From positions 1 through 20,209 of the forward strand of contig JBHGNT010000575.1 in NCBI GenBank assembly GCA_043228905.1: DNA of 20,209 bases, given 5' to 3'. The position numbers and the translations under genes are program-made. The first letter of the stretch is position 1. Every line of letters starts with the position of its first letter. This document shows, in pieces, positions 1 to 9,969 of this stretch. The notes beneath the pieces were generated by a model. It worked only from the letters and a program-made list of their open reading frames with translations, searched no databases and was not told where the DNA came from. Source of the stretch: Azolla caroliniana. Its lineage: Eukaryota; Plantae; Polypodiophyta.

Positions 1-1
1 A

Positions 2-379
2 AGGAGAGAGCCAAAGCCAACCACGCATGGGGAAGATGACGCCATCGAGGGCGAGAAGACCGAAGACAAGTTGGAGACAGCCAACTCGGACGAGAGCGAA
101 AACCGATCAGAGGTAGTCGAGTCGGTTCGGATGTTTGATTCAGATACATTGAATCAACCAAGGCCCAAGCGGAAGAAAAGGCAGCAAGAGAAGCGTCAAC
201 ACCACAACAACAGAAGAGCTGATAAGGGCCACATGAGCAGACAAGCCGACCGGAAGGGTCGAAGCGCGCAGAGTCGAACAGGTCGTGGAGCGCGAGCGAG
301 GCGTGAAGCCAGGAGGAACCGGAGCTGTGATCCCAAAGATCCCGAAGAGCCTCAAGTTGAGCATGAGGGGGAGTGTTGA
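2..379 (+). CDS. C-terminal extension of Ty1/copia pol (element A), 5'-partial; acidic then strongly basic low-complexity tail that runs through the PPT and stops just inside the 3' LTR
   Basis: The frame is open from nt 2 (RREPKPTTHGEDDAIEGEKTEDKLET...PRPKRKKR...QVEHEGEC*). EGEKTEDKLET and QVEHEGEC* match EGKKTEDDLKN and *VELEGEC* at the end of the RNase H frame of copia B. Confidence 0.6.
   Translation, partial: RREPKPTTHGEDDAIEGEKTEDKLETANSDESENRSEVVESVRMFDSDTLNQPRPKRKKRQQEKRQHHNNRRADKGHMSRQADRKGRSAQSRTGRGARARREARRNRSCDPKDPEEPQVEHEGEC
365..373 (+). promoter_or_regulatory. Polypurine tract (GAGGGGGAG) of copia A
   Basis: Directly abuts the TG start of the LTR; identical to the PPT at 4743-4751. 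Confidence 0.9.
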
Positions 380-828
380 GAGACAAGCTCAACATCGGCT
401 GGATCGGTTGAAGAAGCCGAGGACCGGATCGGTTGGGACCGATCGGTTAGGCCGAATGCGTAAACCGGTACGCAGACCGGTGCGTAGGTAGGGCCGGATC
501 GATGCGTAAACCGGGAGGCCGTTAGGAAAGATATTCCATGAGGAATATATTTGGGAGTTAGTGTAGGAGCTCTTAATGAGCATTGAAGTACTGTCAATAC
601 TTCGGTCAGTCCTTCTAGGACTTGTATAAAAGTGTTCATTGAACACACATATGTATAGAGTGTGGTGAATAGAGATTCAGTACTGCTGTTGAATATAGTT
701 CTTGTTTTTCCTCTCTCACTCTCTCTGTCTCTCCCGCGTATATTGCGTAAGCTCAAGCTCTCCATTAAACCTGAGTTTTCTTCCTTCTGTTCGGTCTTCC
801 TACTTGCTTCCGCACGTTACTCTTTACA
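374..828 (+). mobile_element. 3' LTR of copia element A (455 bp), inserted in the gag of copia B
   Basis: TGTTGAG...TCTTTACA termini, upstream PPT, TATAAA at 625-630, CT-rich U5, short direct repeats (GGATCGGTTG x2, ATGCGTAAACCGG x2). Gag-like RGRGRGHGR of copia B resumes at about 829. Confidence 0.88.
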
Positions 829-3077
829 GAGGCCGAGGAAGAGGCCATGGAAGATTTGGTTCAACTAGAACCAATTATAATTATCAAGGAAGAGGACAAC
901 AAGCTATAAGTGGAAGAAACAACGTTAGAGGCAATGGGAGTAATCAAGGCAGAGGTAAGCAAACTATTTTGAGTGATGATGGCTGTTGGTATTGTGGGAA
1001 ACCAAGCCATACATAGGCTGAATGCTATAAAAAGCAAAATGATGAAAAATGAGGGAAGAGACAACAAAATAACTATGCTTCAACTAGTGAAAATGGTGAC
1101 AAAGAAGGTGCTTTTGTGATGCAACATGAAACAACAACAATGGTTGAATGTTCATAGAAATGCAATGAAGATTACATGTGGTATGTAGATTCTAGGGCAT
1201 CTAATCATATGACAGGACATGCAAACTAGTTTGAAAGTCTAAGAGAACCAGATATTCTTGGTTATGTACAAACAAGTTATAACACTACTCATACAATCGA
1301 GCATGTTGGAGATATTCCATTGTGGGAAGAAAAGGGAAAAACAAAGTATATACTGAATGTTATGCATGTTCCAAACCTTGCAAAAAATCTGATTTCTGTT
1401 GGACAGATAGTAGTGCAAGGAATGCAAGTAAAGTTTAAGCAACATGGGTGCTTTATAGAAAAACATGGAAAGCTGATTGCAAAAGGAAAACGCCAAGGAA
1501 GAATGTTTGTTTTAGATGTGGATATGCCTAAAAAGATTACAACCATGTTTGCAGGAGGAATGCATGTAATCTCAGATGTGGAAATGTGACATAAACGATT
1601 TGGACACATAAGTATGCAAACTTTGAAAAATATGTTGAGGACAAATGATGTGGCTGGATTGCCAAAGTTGAAAGACTGTGAGATGAGCAAAATATGTGAA
1701 GCATGTTTATATGGAAAGCAAAACAGACTATCTTTCCCTCATGAAGGACTTATAAGAAAAAACTTGTTGGATTTGGTGCATACAAATGTATGGGACCAAC
1801 AAAAAATGCCTCAATTGGTGGCTACAGGTTTTATGTAACATTCATTGATGATTGCTCAAGGAAAACATGGGTTTACTTCATGAAAGAGAAGAGTGAAGTA
1901 TTTGATTGCTTTCGTATGTTCAAATGCATGGTAGAAAAACAAGTTGGGACTAGGATAAAATGCTTAAGGTTTGATGGAGGAGGAGAATATTTCTCAAATG
2001 AATTTTCCGATTTTCTATGCAATCAATGAATAAGAAGAAAATTCACATGTACATATACTCCACAACAAAATGGAGTGGTTGAGAGAAAAAACAGAACATT
2101 AGTAAACATAGCAAGAGCTTTGATGACTGGAAAAAATATGTCATTGTATTACTAGGCTGAAGTTGTAAACACAACAAACTACTAAATAGATGCATAACAT
2201 TTGGAATACATGTAGTAACTCCTAAAGAATGTTTATATGGCAAGAAACCTAGTCTGGAACACTTAAAAGTGTTTGGATGCATTGCTTATGTTCATGTACC
2301 CGTTGAAGTAAGAAGTAAGCTTGATCCAAAAGCTGAAAAATGTATTTTTGTGGGATATTCAGAGGAACAAAAAGGGTATAGATGCTATAACCCGTTGACA
2401 AAAAAGATTGTAGTAAGCCGTGATGTGATATTTGATGAGTTGGGCAGTTGGTACAACCCAAAACAAAATGTAGAAACAGATGAAGACAATGAAAATGAAG
2501 ACAAAGATAAATCTGAAAATGAAAGAGATTGCCATGGAAATGGAAATAAGGTTGGACAACAAAGTTCAATATCAATAGCATGTACTAGACAATTTGAAAA
2601 CTCAGGTAGTAAATCTTATTCAAATGCTTGAAGTGGAAAAAATCTAAGACATAAAAAATATGATAATAAAAAGGGAAAACAGAAGATGCTAGAATATGAA
2701 ATGCTTGATGATGGATCTAGAAACATGGAAGATGTAGATTCAGATGTATCATTTGATGATGAGCTGGGTACACAAGTCTTGAAAATCCATGGTATTGAAA
2801 AAGCAATGAAAGATGCAAATCAGAAACTGAGAAGATCAGATAGAGAGAAAAAAATTGTTGTAAGATATGGTTATGATACATACATGACTATGCATTATGC
2901 ATATATGTCTAAAGTGGTATAGATCCCTTATCCAAATAGTTTTGATGAAGCAAAAGCTAAAAAGAAATGGGTGAATGCAATGCAAGAAGAAATGGATGCA
3001 TTGGCTCAAAATAAAATATGGGATTTGGTAAAGTTTCCAAAAGGAAAAAATGTTGTAGGTTGCAAATGGGTCTAGAA

Positions 3078-3545
3078 AACAAGGCATGATTCCAATGGGA
3101 ATGTAAGTAGACATAAAGGAAGACTTGTTGCAAAGGGATATGCCCAAATGCAAGGAATTGATTATGATGAGACATTTGCACCGGTTGCAAAAATGACAAC
3201 CTTGAGGACACTACTTGTTGTAAGTGTAGCCAAAAGCCATATGGATGTAAAAAATGTTTTTTTACATGGTAACTTAGAAGAAGAAGTATACATGTGTCAA
3301 CCACTAGGTTTAACAAAGCATGATTCCAATGGGAATGTAAGTAGACATAAAGGAAGACTTGTTGCAAAGGGATATGCCCAAATGCAAGGAATTGATTATG
3401 ATGAGACATTTGCACCGGTTGCAAAAATGACAACCTTGAGGACACTACTTGCTGTAAGTGTAGCCAAAAGCCATATGGATGTAAAAAATGTTTTTTTACA
3501 TGGTAACTTAGAAGAGGAAGTATACATGTGTCAACCACCAGGTTT
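3078..3545 (+). repeat. In-frame 234-bp tandem duplication inside the copia B RT
   Basis: 3078-3311 and 3312-3545 differ at 4 positions by manual alignment. Confidence 0.95.
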
Positions 3546-4742
3546 TGAAGATAAGAAGCATCCAGAATATGTTTGTAAGCTGAAAAAGGCTCTTTATGGG
3601 CTAAAACAAGTACCGAGAGCATGGCACAAAGAACTTTCAGAATCTCTAAAAAAATTGCTTTCAAAATGTCAAAGGTTGATCCATCATTGTATCTAAAATG
3701 GATAAATGACTGCATTGTTGTTATTTTGATTTATGTAGATGATTTAATCATTGGAGGTGATTCAATGGATGAAATAAGCAACTTGAAGAAAAATCTGGAA
3801 ATGCAATTTCATATGAAGGACTTGAGAGAGCTGAAATACGTTCTTGGTATTGAGATAATCAGATTTGAAAGTGGTATATATATGTTGCAAAAACAATATG
3901 TTACAATTGTGCTGAAAAAGTATGGAATGCTTGGATGCAAACCTATTGATGTACCATTGGATAAGAACTGCAAATTGAGAGCTGATTTGGGAGTAAAAAT
4001 AGCAGATGTGAACATGTACATGTCTATGGTGGGCAACCTCATATACTAGACTATAACAAGACTAATTTAAGTTATGCAGTTGGATTAGTTAGCCAATTTA
4101 TGCAACAGCCAACAAAGCCACATTTGGATTGCATTAGAAGAATTTTGAGGGTATGTAAAAGCTACTCAAAACCATGGATTGTTTTACAGGGTTGATCTGG
4201 ACATAAAGTTGGAAGGATATACAAATGTTGATTGGGCTGGACGCCAAACTAATAGAAGATCGACGAGTGGATATATGTTTGCATTGGGAAGTGCAACTAT
4301 TTCATGGAGTAGCAAGAAACAAGCTATTGTTGCATTATCAAGTACTGAAGCTGAATATAGAGGAGTTGCAATAGCCACTTTTGAAGAAGTACAAATAAGA
4401 AGATTGCTTGCTAATTTCGGAGAGTATATAGATGGTGCAGTCACAATTTGGTGTGACAATATGAGCAATATTCAGTTGGCAAAAAACCTAGTGTTCCATG
4501 CAAGAACAAAGCACATTGAAGTGCATTATCACTTTGTTAGAGAATAAGTGATTGATGGAGAAGTGGATCTGTTGTATGTAAGTACAATTAAGCAAGTGGA
4601 TGATATTCTTACGAAGCGATTGAGCATGGAAAAACATACACAGTTTAGAGACATGATGGGAGTTATAAGCATTGGTATAATAGCTGGAAAGCATGAAGGA
4701 AAGAAGACTGAAGATGATCTCAAGAATGGATAAGTTGAGCTT

Positions 4743-4751
4743 GAGGGGGAG
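4743..4751 (+). promoter_or_regulatory. Polypurine tract of copia B
   Basis: GAGGGGGAG immediately before TGTTAAG. Confidence 0.92.
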
Positions 4752-5143
4752 TGTTAAGAATCAAGCTCAACAAAAGCATGTGATGCTTATTAGTAACTCA
4801 AATCTTCTATAGTAGCTATTAGGAAATTAGCACTATTAGATATATAGGTAAAATAGCTATTTAGTTGTTCACAACTATTTAGCTACTCACAACTAATTAG
4901 CTGAATATGTAAGTCACTTATATACGTAGGTAAAAAAAGTACAAGTGAGTAGGAGAGTGAAGTAAGAAGAAAATAGAAAACTGACGAGAGGGAGGTTTTT
5001 TCCCTACTTAATGAAAAAGAATGTTTTTGGGTTGCTACTAAGGTAATTCTCCTTCCCCCTTCCCTTTCTCTCTTGAACACACTAATGATCCAACACATCA
5101 TGATCCGTTGTGCACTAAGAAGAGCCGTAGCACCTTCGTAACA
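4752..5143 (+). mobile_element. Copia LTR (392 bp) with an upstream PPT and a downstream PBS
   Basis: TGTTA...TAACA termini; TATA-like TTATATA at 4918-4924. Confidence 0.9.
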
Positions 5144-5155
5144 TGGTATTAGAGC
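5144..5155 (+). promoter_or_regulatory. Primer-binding site for tRNA-iMet
   Basis: TGGTATTAGAGC directly after the LTR CA; one mismatch to the canonical TGGTATCAGAGC. Confidence 0.9.
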
Positions 5156-5303
5156 AGAGTTCCTCGTAAAGAAGAATAGTTTGTACAGATCTGAGAAGAT
5201 TTCTGTGGTTGCTTATCTCAATCAGAGAGTTGCTTGTTGAAGTTAATCATAGCTAAAGCCCTAAATTGAAAGAGAGATGGTTGTTGAAAATGGAAGCCTT
5301 GGA
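5156..5303 (+). mobile_element. 5' leader and probable first gag codons (ATG at 5277, MVVENGSLG) of a truncated downstream copia unit
   Basis: Follows the PBS; AT-rich composition switches abruptly to GC-rich gypsy sequence at about 5304. Confidence 0.55.
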
Positions 5304-7748
5304 CCCTAACGACTCGATTAACGGCACTATGGAGGCGGCCTCATTCGACAACACCCTCGAGGAGATCAAGAGGATGTCGAGGAGGATCTTAGCGAAGACC
5401 CGGTTGTTCCGATAAATTCCGTTGAGATGTATGAAGTCATCGCGGACTTTGGGAAGATGACGGGGTTGGATCGGACCGCCTGAGTAGACACCAAGTACAA
5501 GACTGTGGACTGGAAGGTGAGGCGAGTCGTGGCTCCCTTGACGGAGGACAACTGGGAATAGATGAAAGGGGTGGCAACGGACCTGAGTTTACGAGATCCG
5601 GCTAGCATAGGGCACCGGTTAATGGCGAGACGCTAACAATCGGCAAACGGTTCGATTTGAACCGAACCGAACCGCGGAACCGCAGTTTAACGGTTTCAAC
5701 GGTTCAGTTTGGTTCGGTTTCGGTTTGGTTTCGACAATAAAAAACCGCGGTTTAAACGGTTTAATTGTTTTTATTTTTTATTTTTTTAAATTTTCATTAA
5801 AATATTTTAAAATTTGTTAAACAATCTTTTCATTTTTACACCTTATTCTCACATTTTAGGAACATCTAAAAAATTCTAAATAATGAAATATCATAAATTT
5901 AAAAAAATAAAAAAATTGACCTATGTTGAAAATCGAAACCGAACCACGAAACCACGGTTTTTATGGTTTAATGGTTTAACAGTTTGAAAAATGTTTAACG
6001 GTTTCGCAGTTCGGTTCGGTTAGGTTCAGGTTTCAAAAAAATTAAACGGTTTCGACCCTCTCAAACCGAACCGAACCGTTGCGGATTGTTATGAGACGCT
6101 ATGTGAGCTGAAGATCAGTGGGGGTGGCTTCCTACTGCCGGCGGAGGAGGACCGGTTTCGGAGGATTCTCGTGAGGCACGAGAAGGCCTTCGCATTCTCG
6201 CCGGGGGAGATTGAGTGCGTCAACCTGACAATCGTAGAACCGATTGTGATCTTCACAGTGCCGCATGTACCGTGGAACCTCAAATCGATTTTGGTACCGA
6301 GAGTTCACATCCCGAAGCTGATGGAGTTGCTTAAGGAGAAGGTATTATGGGTATCCTCGAACTGTCGAGCGCCCCGTACTCGAATCGGTGGTTTACGGCG
6401 CAGAAGAAGAACGACACACTACACTTTATTCAGGACCTGCACTCGGTCAACAAGGTGACCATTCGAAATGCAGGAGTCGGTTCGATGATCGATGAGTTTG
6501 CGGAGGCCTTTGCCAGAAGGTCTATCACCTTGATCGACAACTTATACTCCGAGCATGACCAGTTCCAGCTAGCCGTGGAGAGTAGAGACATCACGACGAT
6601 ACGAACCCCTCTCAGCCTAGTTCAGATGTGTACCCTACCGCAAGGGGGAACCAATTCGGTGGTGCACATGATGAATGCGATGAACAAGGTGCCAAGGGAT
6701 TGCATCCCAGACATCACCATGCCGTTTTTGGACGATATCCAGATCAAGGGATGTTCAGAGGGCGCAAAGGACGAGTCGATCGGGGTGGACGGATGTCGAG
6801 GATTTGTCGCAGACCACATATCCAACAGCGAGAAGATATTGCATAGGCTTGAGGGCGCTCGACTTACCTTCTCGAGGGAGAAGTCAACATTCAAACAATC
6901 AGAGATAATGGTAGTCGGTCACCTGTGCGGGCCATACAGCCGAAGACTGTCTCCGGCGAAGGTAAAAGTCATCTCGGCGATGAAGGAAGAGTGTCAGTCG
7001 GACACGGAAGTCTGATGATTCCTAGGAGCGTGCACCTTCAACCACATTTGGATTCCGCACTACACGCAGATCGCCGAGCTGCTCTATGGCTTTCTGAAGA
7101 AAGACCAACAATTCAAATGGAACAACGAGCACACAGAGGCGGTCTGGACACTGAAGGAAAAGCTAACGGCGACACCGGCTCTCCGGAAAGCAATGTACAA
7201 GAAGGACACTCTGGTTTTCGTGACGGTGGACACAAGCCCGATCGGAATCAATTGTGTGATCAATCAGGAGGACGAGGCCGGCATGAGGTTCCCCATCCGG
7301 TTCGGTGTGACGGTACTAAGCAAGTGACAACGAGGATATGCCCAAGTTAAACGTGAGCTCTAGGGTGTTGTTTCGGCGGTTAAGGCCGACAAAGGCTATT
7401 GGATAGGGGCGGAAGTAATAATTGAGACAAATTGCTTGCCAATTCTCAGTATGGTTTCCGGATGTGCGACTTCAGACCTGGCGATGCTCAGGTGGATCGC
7501 ATACATAAAGTCCCTGAATCGGGAGATGCAACATATCTTTGGAAAGGACAACACCATGGCTAATATGCTTTCGAGAACGCGGTTCGATGATGAGGACGAC
7601 ATGGTTTCGGATAATGAAGAGGTCGATGTGGACTTCTTCGAGTCGGCTTGAATGACAACAAATAGATGGAGCACTTCGACCCTAAACGAGTTCGACGAGA
7701 ATGACTACGATGGGGAGTGGCTCCAGATCGGAAAGTTCCTAAGTACGT
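5304..7748 (+). pseudogene. Degenerate Ty3/gypsy pol: pre-RT region, RT and RNase H (interrupted by a MITE)
   Basis: TKYKTVDWKVRRV; SSAPYSNRWF; LPQGGTNSV; PFLDDI catalytic motif; RNase H VTVDTSPIG...YAQVKREL...IETNCLP...GKDNTMANMLSR. Contains stops and frameshifts. Confidence 0.93.
5634..6091. mobile_element. Non-autonomous hAT-type DNA transposon (MITE), 458 bp
   Basis: TIRs TAACAATCGGCAAACGGTTCG / CGAACCGTTGCGGATTGTTA; 8-bp TSD CGAGACGC (5626-5633) / TGAGACGC (6092-6099); subterminal AACCG/AAACGG arrays; AT-rich core. Confidence 0.9.
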
Positions 7749-8495
7749 TGTCGTAGTGTAATTCGCACACTACGTGAAAATTTACATTTTTGGTTTCTCC
7801 GGATAGGATATGGAATACCTAGTGAGAACCGGAAGGAAGAACCGATAAGGAGACCAGCAAGAGCCGAATGAAGAAGGCCGGTGAGAGTCGTTGAGAAACG
7901 GACGAAGAGGACCGGTAAGAAGGATCCGGTAAGAACTGGATAAAGAAAACCGGCGAGAACCGGATGAAGCAGAACTGGCAAGAGCCGGATGAAGAAGGCT
8001 GGTGAGAGTCTCTCACCAGATGAAGAGACATATTTGTAAATAGAAGAAAGTATAAAATTATATATTACAAAGATTCGAACCTTGCACCACATGTTAATAA
8101 TGTTAAGCCTTATCATTATACTAGCGTATTATGAATTTTAAAGTTATACTAAACTTTATCCCACGTAAAATTTCTAAACATGCATAGTACAAAAAGTTAT
8201 TCATGCATAGACACTCGAGTTAAAAGAAAAGATGAGATAGTGTGCATGAAAACTAAAGATAGGAAAAGCATGATGCTTGCATGTGATAAACTTAGACTCT
8301 TCCAACACTATATAAGGAAGAGAGAAAGATGTATAGAGTTTGTTGATTATTTTACAAGGATTCTAATCAATGTAATATATTCGTGGGATTCACGATTTTT
8401 TTTCCATCTATTTCTCTCTTACATTCTAAGTATCAATTAATACATATACTCATGGGATTCACGAGGTTCATATCCTCAGACAACCTTTTATGACG
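7749..8495 (+). mobile_element. Probable solo LTR (about 750 bp) inserted in the gypsy RH-INT linker
   Basis: Starts TGTCGTA and ends TATGACG (near-inverted end). Purine-rich U3 repeats at 7820-8025, CTATATAAG at about 8308-8316, T-rich 3' part. No intact TSD is visible. Confidence 0.7.
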
Positions 8496-8504
8496 GCATC
8501 ACGG

Positions 8505-8906
8505 TGTCGCGAAGTTACGCGCGTGCGTGTAGAAGGGGCAGGACCACGGGGGTCTCGGACTAGGGAGTAGAGGAGAAAGAATAAGATATGTTTGGAACCT
8601 TAGCTCAAGAGGAGAAGAAGAAAGAATAAGATCATGACATAGGAGGAGAGACCGGCGGAGGTAAGATACTCAACAAGATTTATTAAAACAAACGAATGAT
8701 TACAACAATGGTGGCCGCATGGGCCGCACCAAACGACTATGAGAAAACCCTAACCGAAGATGAATAAGGAAACCCTAAACCTAAAACGGTAAGAACTCTA
8801 GACTAAGTGGTATACCTCTCATACACAAAATAGGCAACCTGTTAACTCTTAGGGCCGGACAATGGCCTAACACAGGGTGTCTACAAAAGACACTTCACCA
8901 AAGGGG
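8505..8906 (-). mobile_element. Partial LTR-like segment, probably in minus orientation
   Basis: Begins TGTCGCG. The minus strand has TGTAATC...AATAAA (8679-8704) followed by CT-rich sequence ending ...CGACA. It is cut by the LTR starting at 8907. Confidence 0.5.
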
Positions 8907-9273
8907 TGTTACGGCAAGAGGATTAGGATCAACGATTAATCCGACTTAATTAGGTTACTTAGCAAGATCGTCCTTAATCATCACACGCGTAAGATATAAC
9001 AATGAATGCAGAACGGCAATTAACACAAAGATATAAAAACACTAATCTTTATTAATTATCCGTTGCTCATTACATTGTATCCGGGCCTTTAAATAGGTTT
9101 CCGGTCTGTAGTACAAAACGGTGCCATCCGCACCTATTTGGGATCGGTCCGGATCCGGAATGGCATACCGATTCCGGTCCGTCCGTCCACACTAATAGCT
9201 TACTTACAACCATTCCTAATAATTAAATAACTCCTTCGTTTCACACTCTGGACTCCTTTGCCGACCGGTAACA
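8907..9273. mobile_element. LTR (367 bp) of a separate, probably gypsy-type element
   Basis: Inverted termini TGTTAC...GTAACA; PBS 2 nt downstream. Confidence 0.8.
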
Positions 9274-9275
9274 CA

Positions 9276-9292
9276 TGGCACGCCCGTGGGAC
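9276..9292 (+). promoter_or_regulatory. Primer-binding site, probably tRNA-Arg
   Basis: TGGCACGCCCGTGGGAC resembles the TGGCACGCCC(A/G)GTGGGAC PBS of plant non-chromoviral gypsy elements, with 1 nt missing. The tRNA identity is from memory. Confidence 0.72.
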
Positions 9293-9328
9293 AGTACCTT
9301 GTACGTCGAATCCACCATCCGACCCTTG

Positions 9329-9946
9329 CTATTCTACGTCCAAAATATCCAGAATGCTTTGTTCGAGAGTCTCCAATGGTTCATCTGGAATTGGTTGTTG
9401 TTGTTGGGGTTGCTGCTGTTGTTGTTGCTGCTCCGTTGATGGTTGCTGCGACTGGTCCTTTGGTGGCTGTTGCGGTTGCTCCTCCGTTTGTTGCTCTAAC
9501 ACTGGTGTTTCCGTCGTTGCTCCCTCCGTCGTAGTGGTCTCCGGTTGACTGGTTCCGGCCTGGCCCTCGGCCGGCGACGGTTCCTCATCACTAAGGTTAA
9601 CCGTTGCCGCTTTCCGTGCTTTTTCTTCCCGAACCTGGGACCGCTCGTAGCTTTCAAACTGGATTTGAGCGTCCAGCCTATCATCGTCTAGCTGAGCTAC
9701 GAGTTGCCGGACCTGCACCAGTTGTTCATCCGCCAGGACTTGGAAGTCTTCAGCCAGCTCGTCCCGTATGGCGGTGAAGTCCTCGGAAGTCAACGTGTAA
9801 CAATCATCTCCTTCCTTCCACCGGTTTGCCACGTCTGCTCGTAGCAATTGGAGTTCCGCTGTATTTTGTGCCCACTTTGTCCACCATCTTACGGAGCTTT
9901 CGTCAATCAAGCGTTTTGTTTGATTCAACCATGCCCGGAGGATGCA
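9329..9946 (-). CDS. C-terminal part of an unknown retroelement accessory protein (helical/coiled-coil region followed by an acidic, Thr/Gln/Pro-rich tail)
   Basis: About 205 open codons. There is no true ATG (the listed start is TTG), an in-frame TAG at 9947-9949 and a junction at about 9969. No recognisable gag/pol motif. Confidence 0.6.
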   Translation of the reverse strand, partial: CILRAWLNQTKRLIDESSVRWWTKWAQNTAELQLLRADVANRWKEGDDCYTLTSEDFTAIRDELAEDFQVLADEQLVQVRQLVAQLDDDRLDAQIQFESYERSQVREEKARKAATVNLSDEEPSPAEGQAGTSQPETTTTEGATTETPVLEQQTEEQPQQPPKDQSQQPSTEQQQQQQQPQQQQPIPDEPLETLEQSILDILDVE

Positions 9947-9969
9947 CTAAATCCGGCCCGTTCCCATCT

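Larger units (their letters stand above)
829..4751 (+). pseudogene. Degenerate Ty1/copia gag-pol (element B): gag zinc knuckle, protease, integrase, RT, RNase H
   Basis: CWYCGKPSH..C knuckle (~985-1025), WYVDSRASNHMTG protease (~1180-1215), HKRFGH/CEAC and FIDDCSRKTWVYF/DGGGEY integrase, [28 protein letters not shown] (3732-3746), SSTEAEY and ARTKHIEVHYHFVRE. Copia domain order, with many stops and frameshifts. Confidence 0.97.

Noticed and set aside
140-5608. Numerous minus-strand ORFs such as 2957-3715 (252 aa)
   Set aside because: They are antisense shadows of copia, LTR or gypsy sequence with no protein motifs; the repeat in 2957-3715 just mirrors the 234-bp duplication.
5640-6085. AACCG repeats as a CRISPR array or satellite
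   Set aside because: There is no repeat-spacer periodicity, and they are bounded by TIRs and a TSD.
8744-8786. AAACCCTA telomere-like motifs
   Set aside because: Only two or three dispersed, degenerate units inside an LTR-like segment; not a telomeric array.
9276-9292. tRNA gene fragment on the minus strand
   Set aside because: Only the 3'-terminal 17 nt including CCA are present next to an LTR, which is the signature of a PBS.
9258-9548. Cys-rich, metallothionein-like plus-strand ORF
   Set aside because: It is the reverse reading of the CAA/CAG poly-Gln tract and starts at a non-ATG codon.
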